A stretch of DNA of 64,000 nt from Diadema antillarum (Eukaryota), in assembly GCF_040938485.1 (NCBI RefSeq), contig NW_027272106.1, positions 496,001-560,000 on the forward strand. The letters are read 5' to 3'. How positions within the stretch are numbered: the stretch's first letter is position 1; each line of letters opens with the position of its first letter. Positions 11,850-24,739 of the stretch are shown here, in pieces. Made by a program: the position numbers and the translations under genes. The notes under the pieces are model-generated. The model saw only the letters and a list, made by a program, of their open reading frames with translations, searched no databases and had not been told where the DNA came from.

Positions 11850-12100
11850 AGGCCGTAAGCAGTGCAGGGTTTTCTAATCCTGAGAGTGGCGGTGCGTGAC
11901 TAGTGCATGAGTTACGGGTGGTTGCCGTGCCCTATCTGTGACAAGCTCGCTGCGATGGGTAGCGAAGAAATCGATTGCCCCCTCTGACAGGCGCTCGTGT
12001 CTGATCCGATCAGGCAATCTTTATTGGTTCACAGTCGAGCCCCTCCCCCATTGGCTGGGCATGGGGCGGCATACATCATGAGATGAAGGGGCACGGCGGC
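11850..12100. promoter_or_regulatory. CpG-rich intronic patch with CCAAT boxes and a GC box (possible promoter or LINE 5' UTR)
   Basis: Dense CpGs against CpG-poor flanks; ATTGG near 12024 and 12050; GGGGCGG near 12063. Confidence 0.35.
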
Positions 12101-12249
12101 TGTTGCCAACACAAAGTCTATGAAGGAAAACACCCGTTTCAACAAAACAACGATGGGGAACACAAAGGGTGTCATATCAGATGAAATACGTATCGCAATA
12201 AATCGTTTGCCTTGCACACGGAATGCAAATCACCGAAAGGCACAAACAT

Positions 12250-12407
12250 ATATAGAATCATGTATTGTATGTATATAGATTGTTTTCATGTGAACGTATT
12301 CATATTGTATTTTGTTTGTATTTTGTATATATATGTGATTTATTTTGTCTCACTGTATTTTTATCCCTGTAAATCAGACGCAATTCAACCATTCGGCTGC
12401 AAATTTT
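12250..12407 (+). mobile_element. CR1-like LINE 3' UTR fragment abutting an assembly gap
   Basis: T-rich tract followed by aattcaaccattcggctgc, resembling the CR1 3' terminal stem-loop; the tail falls in the Ns. Confidence 0.5.
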
Positions 12408-12538
12408 NNNNNNNNNNNNNNNNNNNNNNNNNNNNNNNNNNNNNNNNNNNNNNNNNNNNNNNNNNNNNNNNNNNNNNNNNNNNNNNNNNNNNNNNNNNNN
12501 NNNNNNNNNNNNNNNNNNNNNNNNNNNNNNNNNNNNNN
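12408..12538. other. Assembly gap (131 N)
   Basis: Run of N. Confidence 0.99.
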
Positions 12539-12990
12539 ATATACACACATCTTTAGTAGTGAAAAATTTTTAAGCTATGTGAAGAAATAGTATAATAAAA
12601 GGGTTTGTTTCTGTGCATGGCACATAGTACAAACTGTGTGTTATTTAGAGGACTATATAGAGTACACTCACAGAGAGACAGAGACACACACACACATGCA
12701 CACCTTTAGTCTGAAGGTCTGAATATATTTTGATAAATAGTATAAGCCTTTCTTTTTGCTGATTTTTAGTTTACATTAGATTTCTTTTTTTTTTCCTGGT
12801 GACACATTGAAATGCATGTCAGATATATAAAAAGCTTTCTTGCAGGTAAAGTGTGCATTGCAATGAATGCAAGTATATTGTTACAATGCAACTATAAAAT
12901 TCAATCGGAATTCATATGGGAAAGGACCCCAAGCTCGTTGGTCTTATGAGCCACGCCATGAATCATGTGAAGTTAGTGCTATCTGGTCCA

Positions 12991-13359
12991 TTAAAGGCAC
13001 AGTTTATCGTTGGGAGCAGTGTTTTGAAAATATTCCGAGTTATAACATTAGATCCATATGTGTAGGTCAGTTGTATCACAAACCATCCTACCACATATTA
13101 AACTTTTGCAATTAAACCTAAAATATAAGGAGATATCACTGTTTTTCTTATTAAACCATAACTGTAGACGGTTTATTCTAGAAACAATTTTATTATAACT
13201 ATTGTTCACATTTTGTATATTCAACAAAACTTAATATTGATTATCTTGATCAAGATTTTTACATTGGTTGTTTCTATGCCTAACTCACATTTTAAGGCTA
13301 TTTTGAAGCACTAAAGCTGGGTTTTAGTTTCATCTGCAAATGGTAAATAATGACTTTAA
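12991..13359 (+). mobile_element. Kolobok-like TTAA MITE (family B)
   Basis: TTAA-aggcacagttt...aaataatgact-TTAA; homologous to the copies at 20023, 27121 and 31113. Confidence 0.8.
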
Positions 13360-13371
13360 TTTAACCCTTAA

Positions 13372-13974
13372 GGGGGTATCTCACCGGGCTTGAAACTAGT
13401 TCGCGACTAGTTCGCGACTCTAGATTTTGCTAGTTGCAGAGATGTCTTCGCGATGTCTCCGAGACGTCTCTTGAAAATTACAGAGTCTGCGATTAGTCGC
13501 CAGTTAGTCACAAGAAATTTGAACATGTTCGATTTTTTGCTATGTCTCCGAGACGTCTCCATCAGTTGCGGAGACTAATCATATCCGCGACTGCTGAGAC
13601 GTCTCTGCAACGTCTCCGCGATTTCTCAGAGACATCTCAGAGACATCGCCGAGACCTGCTGGAGACCAGAAAAACTGGTGAGAGGTCACGGAGAGGTCTC
13701 CACGACGTCTTCGCGACTCTATTTGACACTGTTTGACCTACTTAAAAACCATGTGGCCTATGTGCGTGCTGACATCCTGCCTATATAGATCAAGTCAGGT
13801 GATCCTGCAACGGCTCCCTCATATTTGAAATTTTTTGGCACCTGCCATAACTCGTCTCAGAGACGTCTCCTTGGTGAGAACGCAAGACATTTTTATGTTG
13901 GAGACGTCTCCGCGACTACTGCGACTGATAAGTTTGAGACGTCGCGGAGACGTCTCCGTTGGTGAGATACTAGC
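13372..13974. mobile_element. Non-autonomous TIR element rich in GAGACGTCTC palindromes (possibly Harbinger-like)
   Basis: 14-bp TIRs gggggtatctcacc / ggtgagatactagc, TTAA on both sides, at least 6 perfect GAGACGTCTC copies. Confidence 0.8.
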
Positions 13975-14722
13975 TTAACTCTGCCTTATTGCCTGATTGG
14001 CACAGATGTCGGGAAACTAAATGTTGGTGAATATAGACTACCTAATGCCTCTAATCTCATAGAATTGTGTCACCCTTGGCCTCCCCCTGTTAGACTGAGA
14101 CACAATGCTACACTTGAGATGAGTTGCTAATCTACAACAAGGTCAGGTTTTGGTGGATTACTGACTACCAATGAAAAGCCTGGCAACTTAGGCTAAGTGC
14201 CTGGGAGCATAAAGGGTTACAGGAGGATGGTGATACACCGGCGAAGTACGATGCCCTTGGTCCTTGATGTAGAATGAAAGCATCTAGCAGAAAACATAGC
14301 CAACATTTATTAGATGAAGAATGTTTGGGACTGACAAAATTCACTTTTCCTGTTGAGCCGAAATGCTCAGAATGTATAAACGACCTCTGAGTGCAGCGGG
14401 GTGAAGCTTAAATGCCTCCATAATTGGCCGGGCAAATCTTGTGGAGACTTTGATGCGATCATCTTCCATAAATGGGAGCAGCTCAACCCAGGTACTAGAG
14501 GATACTAGAAGTGTGCTTTGCATGAACAAATTGGTTTAGGCCTCTGAGACTCAGTGTTTTTTTAGGCGTCAGAGAAAAAAAAAGAAGGTAAAATTCAGGC
14601 TGTTTAGATTCAAGCAATGCTCCTTAGTTTGCTCTTTAACGGTGTGTATGTTGAAATTGGGAACTAGTAAACTTTTTGTAGTTGTAGACCTATAATAACC
14701 AGCTACCATCTAAATAAGATGT

Positions 14723-15217
14723 TTAACTCTTTATGTGTCACGTTTGCACGTCCGACTCAGTCGACGGCGTGCCAACTTCGCATATTCCGCTCAAATGCAC
14801 AAACCCGCCCAAACTGATAGCCAAATGCCACAGTACAATGAAAGCGTTTTTCGTGATTCCGTTCCTCTCATCTATAGCTTCCACTTTGTGTGGTGCTTGA
14901 TTAACAAGCAGTGTTTCATGGTGGATTTGCATGCAAATTTCAAGCATCTCTCACTGATTTGTGTGCAAAAGTCATACATTTACAGTAACGTAGCTACTGG
15001 GCTTTGAAAAAAAAAATAGATTTGTCATAGAATGGACATCAGTGCAAAGTTTGGCATTTTCTCGAAGACTTTGCTCACTTTGTCTACTATAAAACATATA
15101 TCGATAAAAGTTATATAGATTTGAAAGACAGGATGTTTTTCTGAACGCATGACTACTTTGGTGTCTCAGAATAATGTGGCACACGGGGGGTTTCCGTCAT
15201 GGCACATAAAGAGTTAA
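14723..15217 (+). mobile_element. piggyBac-type MITE (family C), full length
   Basis: TTAA-ctctttatgtgtca ... tggcacataaagag-TTAA. Confidence 0.85.
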
Positions 15218-16972
15218 AGATTTCCTGTGTGACAACATTTTGTTTCAGCCACACAGCACCTCAGTACAATGAGGATGTCAATGTAAATGTTTCAACTTCT
15301 GTATGAAATGCTAGTCATTTTCAATTTTACTGAACACATGTATCTCAAGCTCCAAGTTTTATCAGTTCACGAGTTCTCCCATGAAGACAAGGTAGTTGTG
15401 ATTGACTGTATTTTGGTACTTTACAACATATATCTTTTAGACAAAAAAAAACTTTCTTGACATAAAAGAACAAACAATCATGGTTCTCCTGGGTTTCACT
15501 GACACTAAAACTTTCAAGATATAATTCCATCAGCTCAGTGGGATATTGATCAGAAGACATTAAATGTGAGCATCACGCAGGAGAACAAGCAGCGTCCTTG
15601 AAAGAGACCTCTTAGTACTGGCATCTGATATTATGCTTCTTGGTATAGCTGTGATGAAGTGCAGGGGAGTATGTTTCAAGTTAAACTCTTTCCAGACTGA
15701 CACCCCCCCCCCCCCTACCCCATGGGAGGCCACCCAGGGGTAAGGGACATGGTGTGCTCATTTCCCCCTTCAATGAATTCTAAGCAAAAAAAAAAATGGA
15801 CTTTCTATCTTCCAATCAATGATCTTGATCAATAATTACTTTGAGGGTACATTGTTTGATGGTCACTTCATGAGAATAGTTGATTCACTACCTTGTCTGT
15901 TTCTTGCTTTTCATACTGTCGTGGTCCATAGGAATATGCCAGATTTTAAAATAAGTAATCTTTAGATTTGATATTCAGCACTCTATATTTCAAACGTGAA
16001 GTTGTTTGATATTGTTCACTAATATGGAAAAAAAAGAATCACTTGCATTTTTAAATTGTTTTGCTAACCAACATTTCCTGTTACAGTACTTATTCACTGG
16101 GATAAAAGAAAAATGTGTAAAAAAAAAAACATCTTTTTTGCGCTTATGCTGATATCAGATTATGTCATAGGTAAACACATTTTCACAGTGCCATATACAT
16201 TTATGTCACATGAACACTATAGGCCTATCCTTCTTTTGATCTTATTCCTGGATGAATCTTGCATTATTCAGTAAAGAACAGTAAAGTTACGTGAAAATGA
16301 ATATATTGTTCTGTTCTGCCTGTTGTTGGAAAGGAAAAGCTCTGTTGTGTAGTTTAGTACATAATTGAAACTAGATGAGTGTTTTTGTTCAAATATGTTT
16401 GTAAACTCTGCCAAGTGTCAGAGCTGTGGTAGCATGTTTTCTCAATAATTCTATTTGTAGTTATGATTGTTTTTGTATTATTTGGTTGACTAGGTTTCCC
16501 CAGAATTAAGAGGCCATTGCCCTTTAGGATAACCTTAGCTCAGTCTCAGGCAACCTGTTCTAATTAATGCATTTTTGCATAATGGATAAGACTGTGAACA
16601 CAAGCTAAATGGCAAAAGGATCTTTGTGTGAGATGCTGACCACTTTTAAGTTCTCCAAGTTTTCAGTTTTACTGTCTCCTTTAAGAATTTAGTATATAAA
16701 TTTATATACAACAATGATATTTGAAAAATTATGGTAAAGTTACATTTTCTTAGGAAAATTATGTTTTCCCTTTCATAATGCAGATGGAAATTATTTCACC
16801 TAGGCCATCACAATAAAAATATTCCTGATGACATGATAGTCCTCTTCTTGTAGTGAAACAACTTAAAACATTCTGTAGGATTTGTACACAAAAGAAAGGG
16901 GGAGAGATTCATGAAATGCCTGGTTTGATCTTGCTAGAAGAATGGTATTTGATAAGTAAGATGTGTTTATGC

Positions 16973-17215
16973 TTAAAGGTACTGTTTACCTTTGGGAGCA
17001 GTGATTTTTTTTTTTTTTTAATTTCAAGACATAACATTTCGTGCATACGTGTAGGTCAGTTGTATCACAAAACATCCTACCATATAAAAGATTTGCAATA
17101 AAGCATAAAATTTAAGAAGATATCATTACTTTTCTCAATAAACTATAACTGTAGATGGTTTAGCCTAGAAAAATTTTATTATACTTTTAGTTAACATTTT
17201 GTACATTTGACAGTA
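16973..17215 (+). mobile_element. Family B MITE truncated by the triplication junction (unit 1)
   Basis: Left end ttaaaggtactgtttacc is present; the right end is replaced by the next unit. Confidence 0.8.
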
Positions 17216-18496
17216 CTTTCCAGACTGACACCCCCCCCCCCTACCCCATGGGAGGCCACCCAGGGGTAAGGGACATGGTGTGCTCATTTCCCCCTTCAAT
17301 GAATTCTAAGCAAAAAAAAAAATGGACTTTCTATATTCCAATCAATGATCTTGATCAATAATTACTTTGAGGGTACATTGTTTGATGGTCACTTCATGAG
17401 AATAGTTGATTCACTACCTTGTCTGTTTCTTGCTTTTCATACTGTCGTGGTCCATAGGAATATGCCAGATTTTAAAATAAGTAATCTTTAGATTTGATAT
17501 TCAGCACTCTATATTTCAAACGTGAAGTTGTTTGATATTGTTCACTAATATGGAAAAAAAGAATCACTTGCATTTTTAAATTGTTTTGCTAACCAACATT
17601 TCCTGTTACAGTACTTATTCACTGGGATAAAAGAAAAATGTGTAAAAAAAAAACATCTTTTTTGCGCTTATGCTGATATCAGATTATGTCATAGGTAAAC
17701 ACATTTTCACAGTGCCATATACATTTATGTCACATGAACACTATAGGCCTATCCTTCTTTTGATCTTATTCCTGGATGAATCTTGCATTATTCAGTAAAG
17801 AACAGTAAAGTTACGTGAAAATGAATATATTGTTCTGTTCTGCCTGTTGTTGGAAAGGAAAAGCTCTGTTGTGTAGTTTAGTACATAATTGAAACTAGAT
17901 GAGTGTTTTTGTTCAAATATGTTTGTAAACTCTGCCAAGTGTCAGAGCTGTGGTAGCATGTTTTCTCAATAATTCTATTTGTAGTTATGATTGTTTTTGT
18001 ATTATTTGGTTGACTAGGTTTCCCCAGAATTAAGAGGCCATTGCCCTTTAGGATAACCTTAGCTCAGTCTCAGGCAACCTGTTCTAATTAATGCATTTTT
18101 GCATAATGGATAAGACTGTGAACACAAGCTAAATGGCAAAAGGATCTTTGTGTGAGATGCTGACCACTTTTAAGTTCTCCAAGTTTTCAGTTTTACTGTC
18201 TCCTTTAAGAATTTAGTATATAAATTTATATACAACAATGATATTTGAAAAATTATGGTAAAGTTACATTTTCTTAGGAAAATTATGTTTTCCCTTTCAT
18301 AATGCAGATGGAAATTATTTCACCTAGGCCATCACAATAAAAATATTCCTGATGACATGATAGTCCTCTTCTTGTAGTGAAACAACTTAAAACATTCTGT
18401 AGGATTTGTACACAAAAGAAAGGGGGAGAGATTCATGAAATGCCTGGTTTGATCTTGCTAGAAGAATGGTATTTGATAAGTAAGATGTGTTTATGC

Positions 18497-18739
18497 TTAA
18501 AGGTACTGTTTACCTTTGGGAGCAGTGATTTTTTTTTTTTTTTAATTTCAAGACATAACATTTCGTGCATACGTGTAGGTCAGTTGTATCACAAAACATC
18601 CTACCATATAAAAGATTTGCAATAAAGCATAAAATTTAAGAAGATATCATTACTTTTCTCAATAAACTATAACTGTAGATGGTTTAGCCTAGAAAAATTT
18701 TATTATACTTTTAGTTAACATTTTGTACATTTGACAGTA
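18497..18739 (+). mobile_element. Family B MITE truncated by the triplication junction (unit 2)
   Basis: Same as unit 1, at offset 1524. Confidence 0.8.
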
Positions 18740-20022
18740 CTTTCCAGACTGACACCCCCCCCCCCCCTACCCCATGGGAGGCCACCCAGGGGTAAGGGAC
18801 ATGGTGTGCTCATTTCCCCCTTCAATGAATTCTAAGCAAAAAAAAAAATGGACTTTCTATATTCCAATCAATGATCTTGATCAATAATTACTTTGAGGGT
18901 ACATTGTTTGATGGTCACTTCATGAGAATAGTTGATTCACTACCTTGTCTGTTTCTTGCTTTTCATACTGTCGTGGTCCATAGGAATATGCCAGATTTTA
19001 AAATAAGTAATCTTTAGATTTGATATTCAGCACTCTATATTTCAAACGTGAAGTTGTTTGATATTGTTCACTAATATGGAAAAAAAGAATCACTTGCATT
19101 TTTAAATTGTTTTGCTAACCAACATTTCCTGTTACAGTACTTATTCACTGGGATAAAAGAAAAATGTGTAAAAAAAAAACATCTTTTTTGCGCTTATGCT
19201 GATATCAGATTATGTCATAGGTAAACACATTTTCACAGTGCCATATACATTTATGTCACATGAACACTATAGGCCTATCCTTCTTTTGATCTTATTCCTG
19301 GATGAATCTTGCATTATTCAGTAAAGAACAGTAAAGTTACGTGAAAATGAATATATTGTTCTGTTCTGCCTGTTGTTGGAAAGGAAAAGCTCTGTTGTGT
19401 AGTTTAGTACATAATTGAAACTAGATGAGTGTTTTTGTTCAAATATGTTTGTAAACTCTGCCAAGTGTCAGAGCTGTGGTAGCATGTTTTCTCAATAATT
19501 CTATTTGTAGTTATGATTGTTTTTGTATTATTTGGTTGACTAGGTTTCCCCAGAATTAAGAGGCCATTGCCCTTTAGGATAACCTTAGCTCAGTCTCAGG
19601 CAACCTGTTCTAATTAATGCATTTTTGCATAATGGATAAGACTGTGAACACAAGCTAAATGGCAAAAGGATCTTTGTGTGAGATGCTGACCACTTTTAAG
19701 TTCTCCAAGTTTTCAGTTTTACTGTCTCCTTTAAGAATTTAGTATATAAATTTATATACAACAATGATATTTGAAAAATTATGGTAAAGTTACATTTTCT
19801 TAGGAAAATTATGTTTTCCCTTTCATAATGCAGATGGAAATTATTTCACCTAGGCCATCACAATAAAAATATTCCTGATGACATGATAGTCCTCTTCTTG
19901 TAGTGAAACAACTTAAAACATTCTGTAGGATTTGTACACAAAAGAAAGGGGGAGAGATTCATGAAATGCCTGGTTTGATCTTGCTAGAAGAATGGTATTT
20001 GATAAGTAAGATGTGTTTATGC

Positions 20023-20393
20023 TTAAAGGTACTGTTTACCTTTGGGAGCAGTGATTTTTTTTTTTTTAATTTCAAGACATAACATTTCGTGCATACGTGT
20101 AGGTCAGTTGTATCACAAAACATCCTACCATATAAAAGATTTGCAATAAAGCATAAAATTTAAGAAGATATCATTACTTTTCTCAATAAACTATAACTGT
20201 AGATGGTTTAGCCTAGAAAAATTTTATTATACTTTTAGTTAACATTTTGTACATTTGACAGTACTTAAAATTGATTATATGGATTCAAATTTTTACAGTG
20301 GTTGCTTTTATCCATAACTCACATTTTTGAACTATTTTGAAGCACTAACGCTGGGTTTTTGTTTCATCTTCAGATGGTAAATAATGCCTTTGA
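20023..20393 (+). mobile_element. Family B Kolobok-like MITE, complete copy
   Basis: ttaa-aggtactgtttacc ... ggtaaataatgcct-ttga. Confidence 0.82.
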
Positions 20394-21377
20394 AATGATC
20401 ATGAATTCATGACTGTGTTTCTATGTCAGTTGATGTCAATACTACTGTAGAAGTGGTTATTTTCGCACAAGTATTTTCTTTTTTTTTTTTGCACTCTGCA
20501 GGTTCAGATGAATTTCCTGTGCATTTAATTCTGTGGAATCAAGACATTTATTAGTGAAATATATCATGGCATGAAAAAATATTTATGCGGTTGTATTTTT
20601 TGTGTTGATTCCTGGTTGTGCGAAATGAGTGAAAATTTCTGCCTTTACCTTAAACTGTATTTCAATATTGTTTTATATTGGTCTAATTATTCAATCAGTT
20701 CAGGTGAAAAAATAGATATGTGGTAATGATGTGGTAATGATAGTGACAGGACCCACTGAATGAGCAGTGGTAAAACTGAAGACTACCACGCAGAAAAAAC
20801 CCGTTACCATTATCAATATTATCATCTATTATTCTTATCTTTATGCTACTATTCTCAATCCCATGTGAGGAGTGTGTAACAAATATTTGTTATGCATTGC
20901 AAGATCATGAACAATTTGGCCTTGGGTGTTCGCAGACAGTTTCAATGTCTGTGTTGAGATGCTTATCTGTGAAATAGTAGGGTTTTATTGAATTAGCAAG
21001 ATAAGTAACTGTTTAACGACCCACATTAAGATTCCTCCCTCTATTGGACATTTTTTGAACGATGGACCCTATTGGTTTGTTTATGGGTACAATGTAATCT
21101 GCAGGAATAATAATAGGCATGACAATTTCTGCCTGATAATAGTGAGAAAACATTGTCATACCACTATGACAAGTGATTTGTTGCTATGAAGCTTAGGGTC
21201 TGGAGTGTTAAAAAAGACAAAACAAAAAACAACACACATCTAGTTGATTAACTTTTTGCATCTTTGTTATATTTTTTATTGGATATGCTTCATATATGGT
21301 GTTACATGCAAATGAGGCATGGGAGCTTTGAGAATTTGTGCATCTTTTAATGATTTTTTAATTGTTTTTTTCTCCAG

Positions 21378-21460
21378 GTATCTTCATGGTGCTCCCATGC
21401 ATTGAGAGCTATACAAAGGTGGATCTCCGTACAGTGTCTTTTGATGTCCCCCCACAAGAG
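21378..21460 (+). CDS. STOM: Stomatin exon (IFMVLPCIESYTKVDLRTVSFDVPPQE)
   Basis: tttttctccag|21378 and 21460|gtatgt. 83 bp; contains the LPC palmitoylation-site Cys and VDLRTVSFDVPPQE. Confidence 0.97.
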
Positions 21461-22099
21461 GTATGTGTCTGTATTCTTTGATACAATTACCCCCCCCCCC
21501 CTCCCCTTTTGTAGCTACAGGGTTGCTTGATGTCCTCCTACTAGATATTTTCTAGTCTGCAAGAGGTGCATTAGTATTTGATTGATAATTCCCACCCCCT
21601 TGGAAGCTAGAGTGTACATAATTTCAGATACCCTTTGATCTGCATGTATGTGTGTTTTTTATTTTGTTTTGTTCTGTTTTGTTTGTGTTGTTTAAATCAA
21701 GGGTGTAAGGGCTTGTCATGTTAAGCTTACATATCAAACTTTTGGGGAAGTTAAGTTCGGAACAAGGTACTCGTGAAGGTCTGTGGCTGTTTCCCAAATC
21801 TTGTGTGTGAATGTGTGGTGTTGATGTGTTTACCACTTCTTGCATAGGGGTGTGTTGGCATATACAAACAATCAGTTGGTATCATCGTTTGCACGTGTGG
21901 GTGGATTGGTGTGTACCTGCATGCATACTATTGATTAATCTGTTTGTGCTTACATAAGATGGGTATTTCTCCCTATCTCTCTCATTCACACACACATGCG
22001 CGTACAGCTTTATGTGTAATTGCAATAGCAAATGTTACAAGGAGAATCAGGTACATGTCTGTTATCTAATTTGGAACGCCCACTGTCAAACACAAAGTC

Positions 22100-22219
22100 C
22101 GGGGCCCCGTTTTATCAAAAGATAATCGATTATAAATTTCCTTACCACACAGGTTGCCAAAGACTTATGATAGAAATCAACTATATAATCAATTATAACT
22201 CTCCTTAAAACAGGGCCCT
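22100..22219. mobile_element. Family D-like short palindromic MITE
   Basis: ggggccccgttttatc vs ttaaaacagggccct. Confidence 0.55.
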
Positions 22220-22401
22220 AGGCTGATTTTAGTTAGTGCTGAAACACAACCATGCTGAAGAATGACTGCGCAATGCAGCAGAATTTATCATTCCAAGGGA
22301 TTGGAAAGCCAGTCTCTCGGTCTTCAAAGGATAAGGAGGGTAATAAATTGTGTAATATGATATAAAGCACTTCTGTTTCTCTGTTTTGGTAGATCAGAAT
22401 A

Positions 22402-22716
22402 TCAACCTGTTGTAAACTAGTCCAGAGTATGGTGATACAACATTTGTTCCTGCAATAATTGCTTGGTCTTATTTTCTCCAAGGACTTGAAGTAGGGTTAG
22501 GTTAATTAGGGTTTTGGTTGTGATAGGGTCCTACGTTTTGTTTGATGTGAGGATTAGGGTTATGTTTGTCGGTGGAATTATATCTGGCTTAACATGCAGA
22601 TATTTCATGGGAGCAATTGCTGCAGGAACAAATGCTATGGAACCCCTGAGTATACTTTGGCAGGTATCAATGGAAAATGTGTGTTATAGCAAAATCAGCC
22701 CGTCCTCGACGGGTTA
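22402..22716 (+). mobile_element. Family A MITE interrupted by a nested element
   Basis: Left part aacctgttgtaaactagtccagagtat; right part cctgagtatactttggcagg...gtcctcgacgggtta. Confidence 0.75.
22431..22644. mobile_element. GG...CC-ended MITE with 9-bp TSD (Merlin-like), TTAGGG-like interior
   Basis: TIRs ggtgatacaacatttgttcctgca / tgcaggaacaaatgctatggaacc; flanks ccagagtat (22422-22430) and cctgagtat (22645-22653). Confidence 0.8.
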
Positions 22717-23448
22717 TTCCTCATGAGGATATGGAAATCCTTCAACTGTGGACAGAACCTATGGCATTCCTACAGAATATGGATTATTATTGAAAGATAT
22801 GAGTTTTGATGGCAAAAGAGAACTTAAACCTATTATGTAATATGGGTCTGGGTTGTCAGATGTATGTTGTTGTTTTTTTTTTCAAGGCAAGGATGACATA
22901 AAATTGAGCAGTATCTATCGTGTGCTATGTGAATCATGTGCTCTCTTCACGCTTCTTTTTGTGGATTTCAGTACGCCTTTATGGAGGAGTATTTTAGTCT
23001 AATTGGTCAAAACTCCCTGATCTGCAAAAGAAGCAGAGAGAGAGAAAAAAAAATGAGTGAAATTATGCATAGATATCATAGTTAATCATGATGGTTTCTT
23101 TGTGAGCTAATATCATTTATGATGTTATGTTACATGTTTGTTTTAAATGATTAGAGTTTGTTAAGTGCATAGACCTGTAACTCAATTAAGTAATTTCTTT
23201 TCATAAGGGAAGAAGCAAATAAAATGGATAATCTTTAGCAGAATGTATTTCACTTTATTGCAGTATGAGAACCAGTCAATGCCGGCTCTAGAGGCCTAAG
23301 TGGGGAATGTGTCAAGTTGCAAGTCATGCTTGTATAATCCACTTTGCAAAAATAGAGTTTGATATTTAATGCAATGCAAAAGTGATCACATTGTCATCAT
23401 CATCATGTTTAATGGTTTGGTGTGAAATCATTAAATCATAAATAGTCA

Positions 23449-23620
23449 TGGAGGGCTATTGGAGCTCAATGAGCGGTTAAAGACCCCATTCTATGAGTAG
23501 CAATTTAAATCCTGGTTACCATCCCCTTGGCTACCATGGGTTTTTTTTTCCCTTAGGCAAGACACTTTATCCTCAACAGCTATTCCTTCAGAGAGGATTT
23601 AAAGCGGTTGGGTGCTTGCT
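23449..23620 (+). mobile_element. Degenerate tRNA-derived SINE
   Basis: tRNA-like head followed by cccttaggcaagacactttatcctca (CORE-like block). Boundaries approximate. Confidence 0.5.
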
Positions 23621-23989
23621 TGCTGCAAGTGTCCAATGCTTCCCTAGCAGCCTCGTTTAAAGTAAATCAATTCAGTTCATTTCAGCTCAATTCAAAGTCT
23701 TGCCAATTTCAAAGAAAATTGATACTTGATATACAGACTGCTTCATCCTCATTCTTGTCCATTTTTGGTAGTGTTGTATTTCTTGACAAATTAAGAAAAT
23801 AAGAGACATGAGAGTAAAATTATATCTTATGAAAATAAAATATGACATATGCAAATAACAAAACAGCAAAGGGCAATGTATGAACTGATTCTGCTCTCAA
23901 GTTTTCTTGCACATACAAGCGGATTGTTCCACCTCTTTATTTGTCACATCAAGCCTAGATGTCAGCTGAGAATCTTTGTAACTTCCCTC

Positions 23990-24082
23990 TTAACCCGTTG
24001 AAGACTAGTCCCAAGTATACTTGGACAGGTATCTGTGGAAAATGTGTGTTATAGCAAAGCCACCTCATCCCCAATGGGTTAA
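23990..24082 (+). mobile_element. TTAA MITE family A
   Basis: ttaacccgttgaagac...caatgggttaa, 93 bp. Confidence 0.85.
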
Positions 24083-24739
24083 CCTCTGAACGGGGCTCAC
24101 TCTCCTACGGTGAATGCCCGGTAAAACAGTTTGGGGCTTTTGAGAGTTTTCTTGTGGCATGCTGCCTCTTTGCCCCTTGCTAAATTATGGAGAGTGATGA
24201 TGCTCCATCAAATATTGAAGCCCTCCTCCAAACACATGGGGGCATCTGCCAAATTAATAGGATGAGGGCATCAGACAAGATAAACGGGCGACGCCCAAGA
24301 GACATTGGTGGATGCTGTGACAACTGACATTGAAATTGAGACGGGACAAGCGGGTGCAGGTGTTTTCTGTAGAAGCGAGTACACTCTAAAAACTGAAATG
24401 GTAAATCAACATCATTTTGAATGTTGCGACACCTCCAACTTTTTTTGTAAATGTTACAAATATTTTATTTACCATTTCTGAAATGATTGTTTAACATTTT
24501 GACTGCTTATTTCAAAAGTTTGAGTGTTAAATCTAACAGTTTACAAAAGGTTGGGGGAGTGACTACATTTAATATGTTGATTTTCAGTTTCAGTTTTAGA
24601 GTGTTCTGGTTTGAAACAAGTTTCTGTTTCAAAGGTCTGTTTAATTTCTGCCTTTTTTTTCTTTGTTTTTGTCTTGGTCTTTGGGCGAGGGGGAGGGGAG
24701 AGGAATGATGTTGTTGTAAAGCCAAGGCCTTGCTTATAA

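Larger units (their letters stand above)
15688..20266. repeat. Tandem triplication, units of 1528, 1524 and 1524 bp
   Basis: Units start at 15688, 17216 and 18740 (ctttccagactgaca). They differ only in homopolymer lengths and one SNP that I could see. Junction microhomology is CTT. Confidence 0.97.

Noticed and set aside
12212-12590. ORFs spanning the N run (also 44506-44812)
   Set aside because: Artefacts of translating through assembly gaps.
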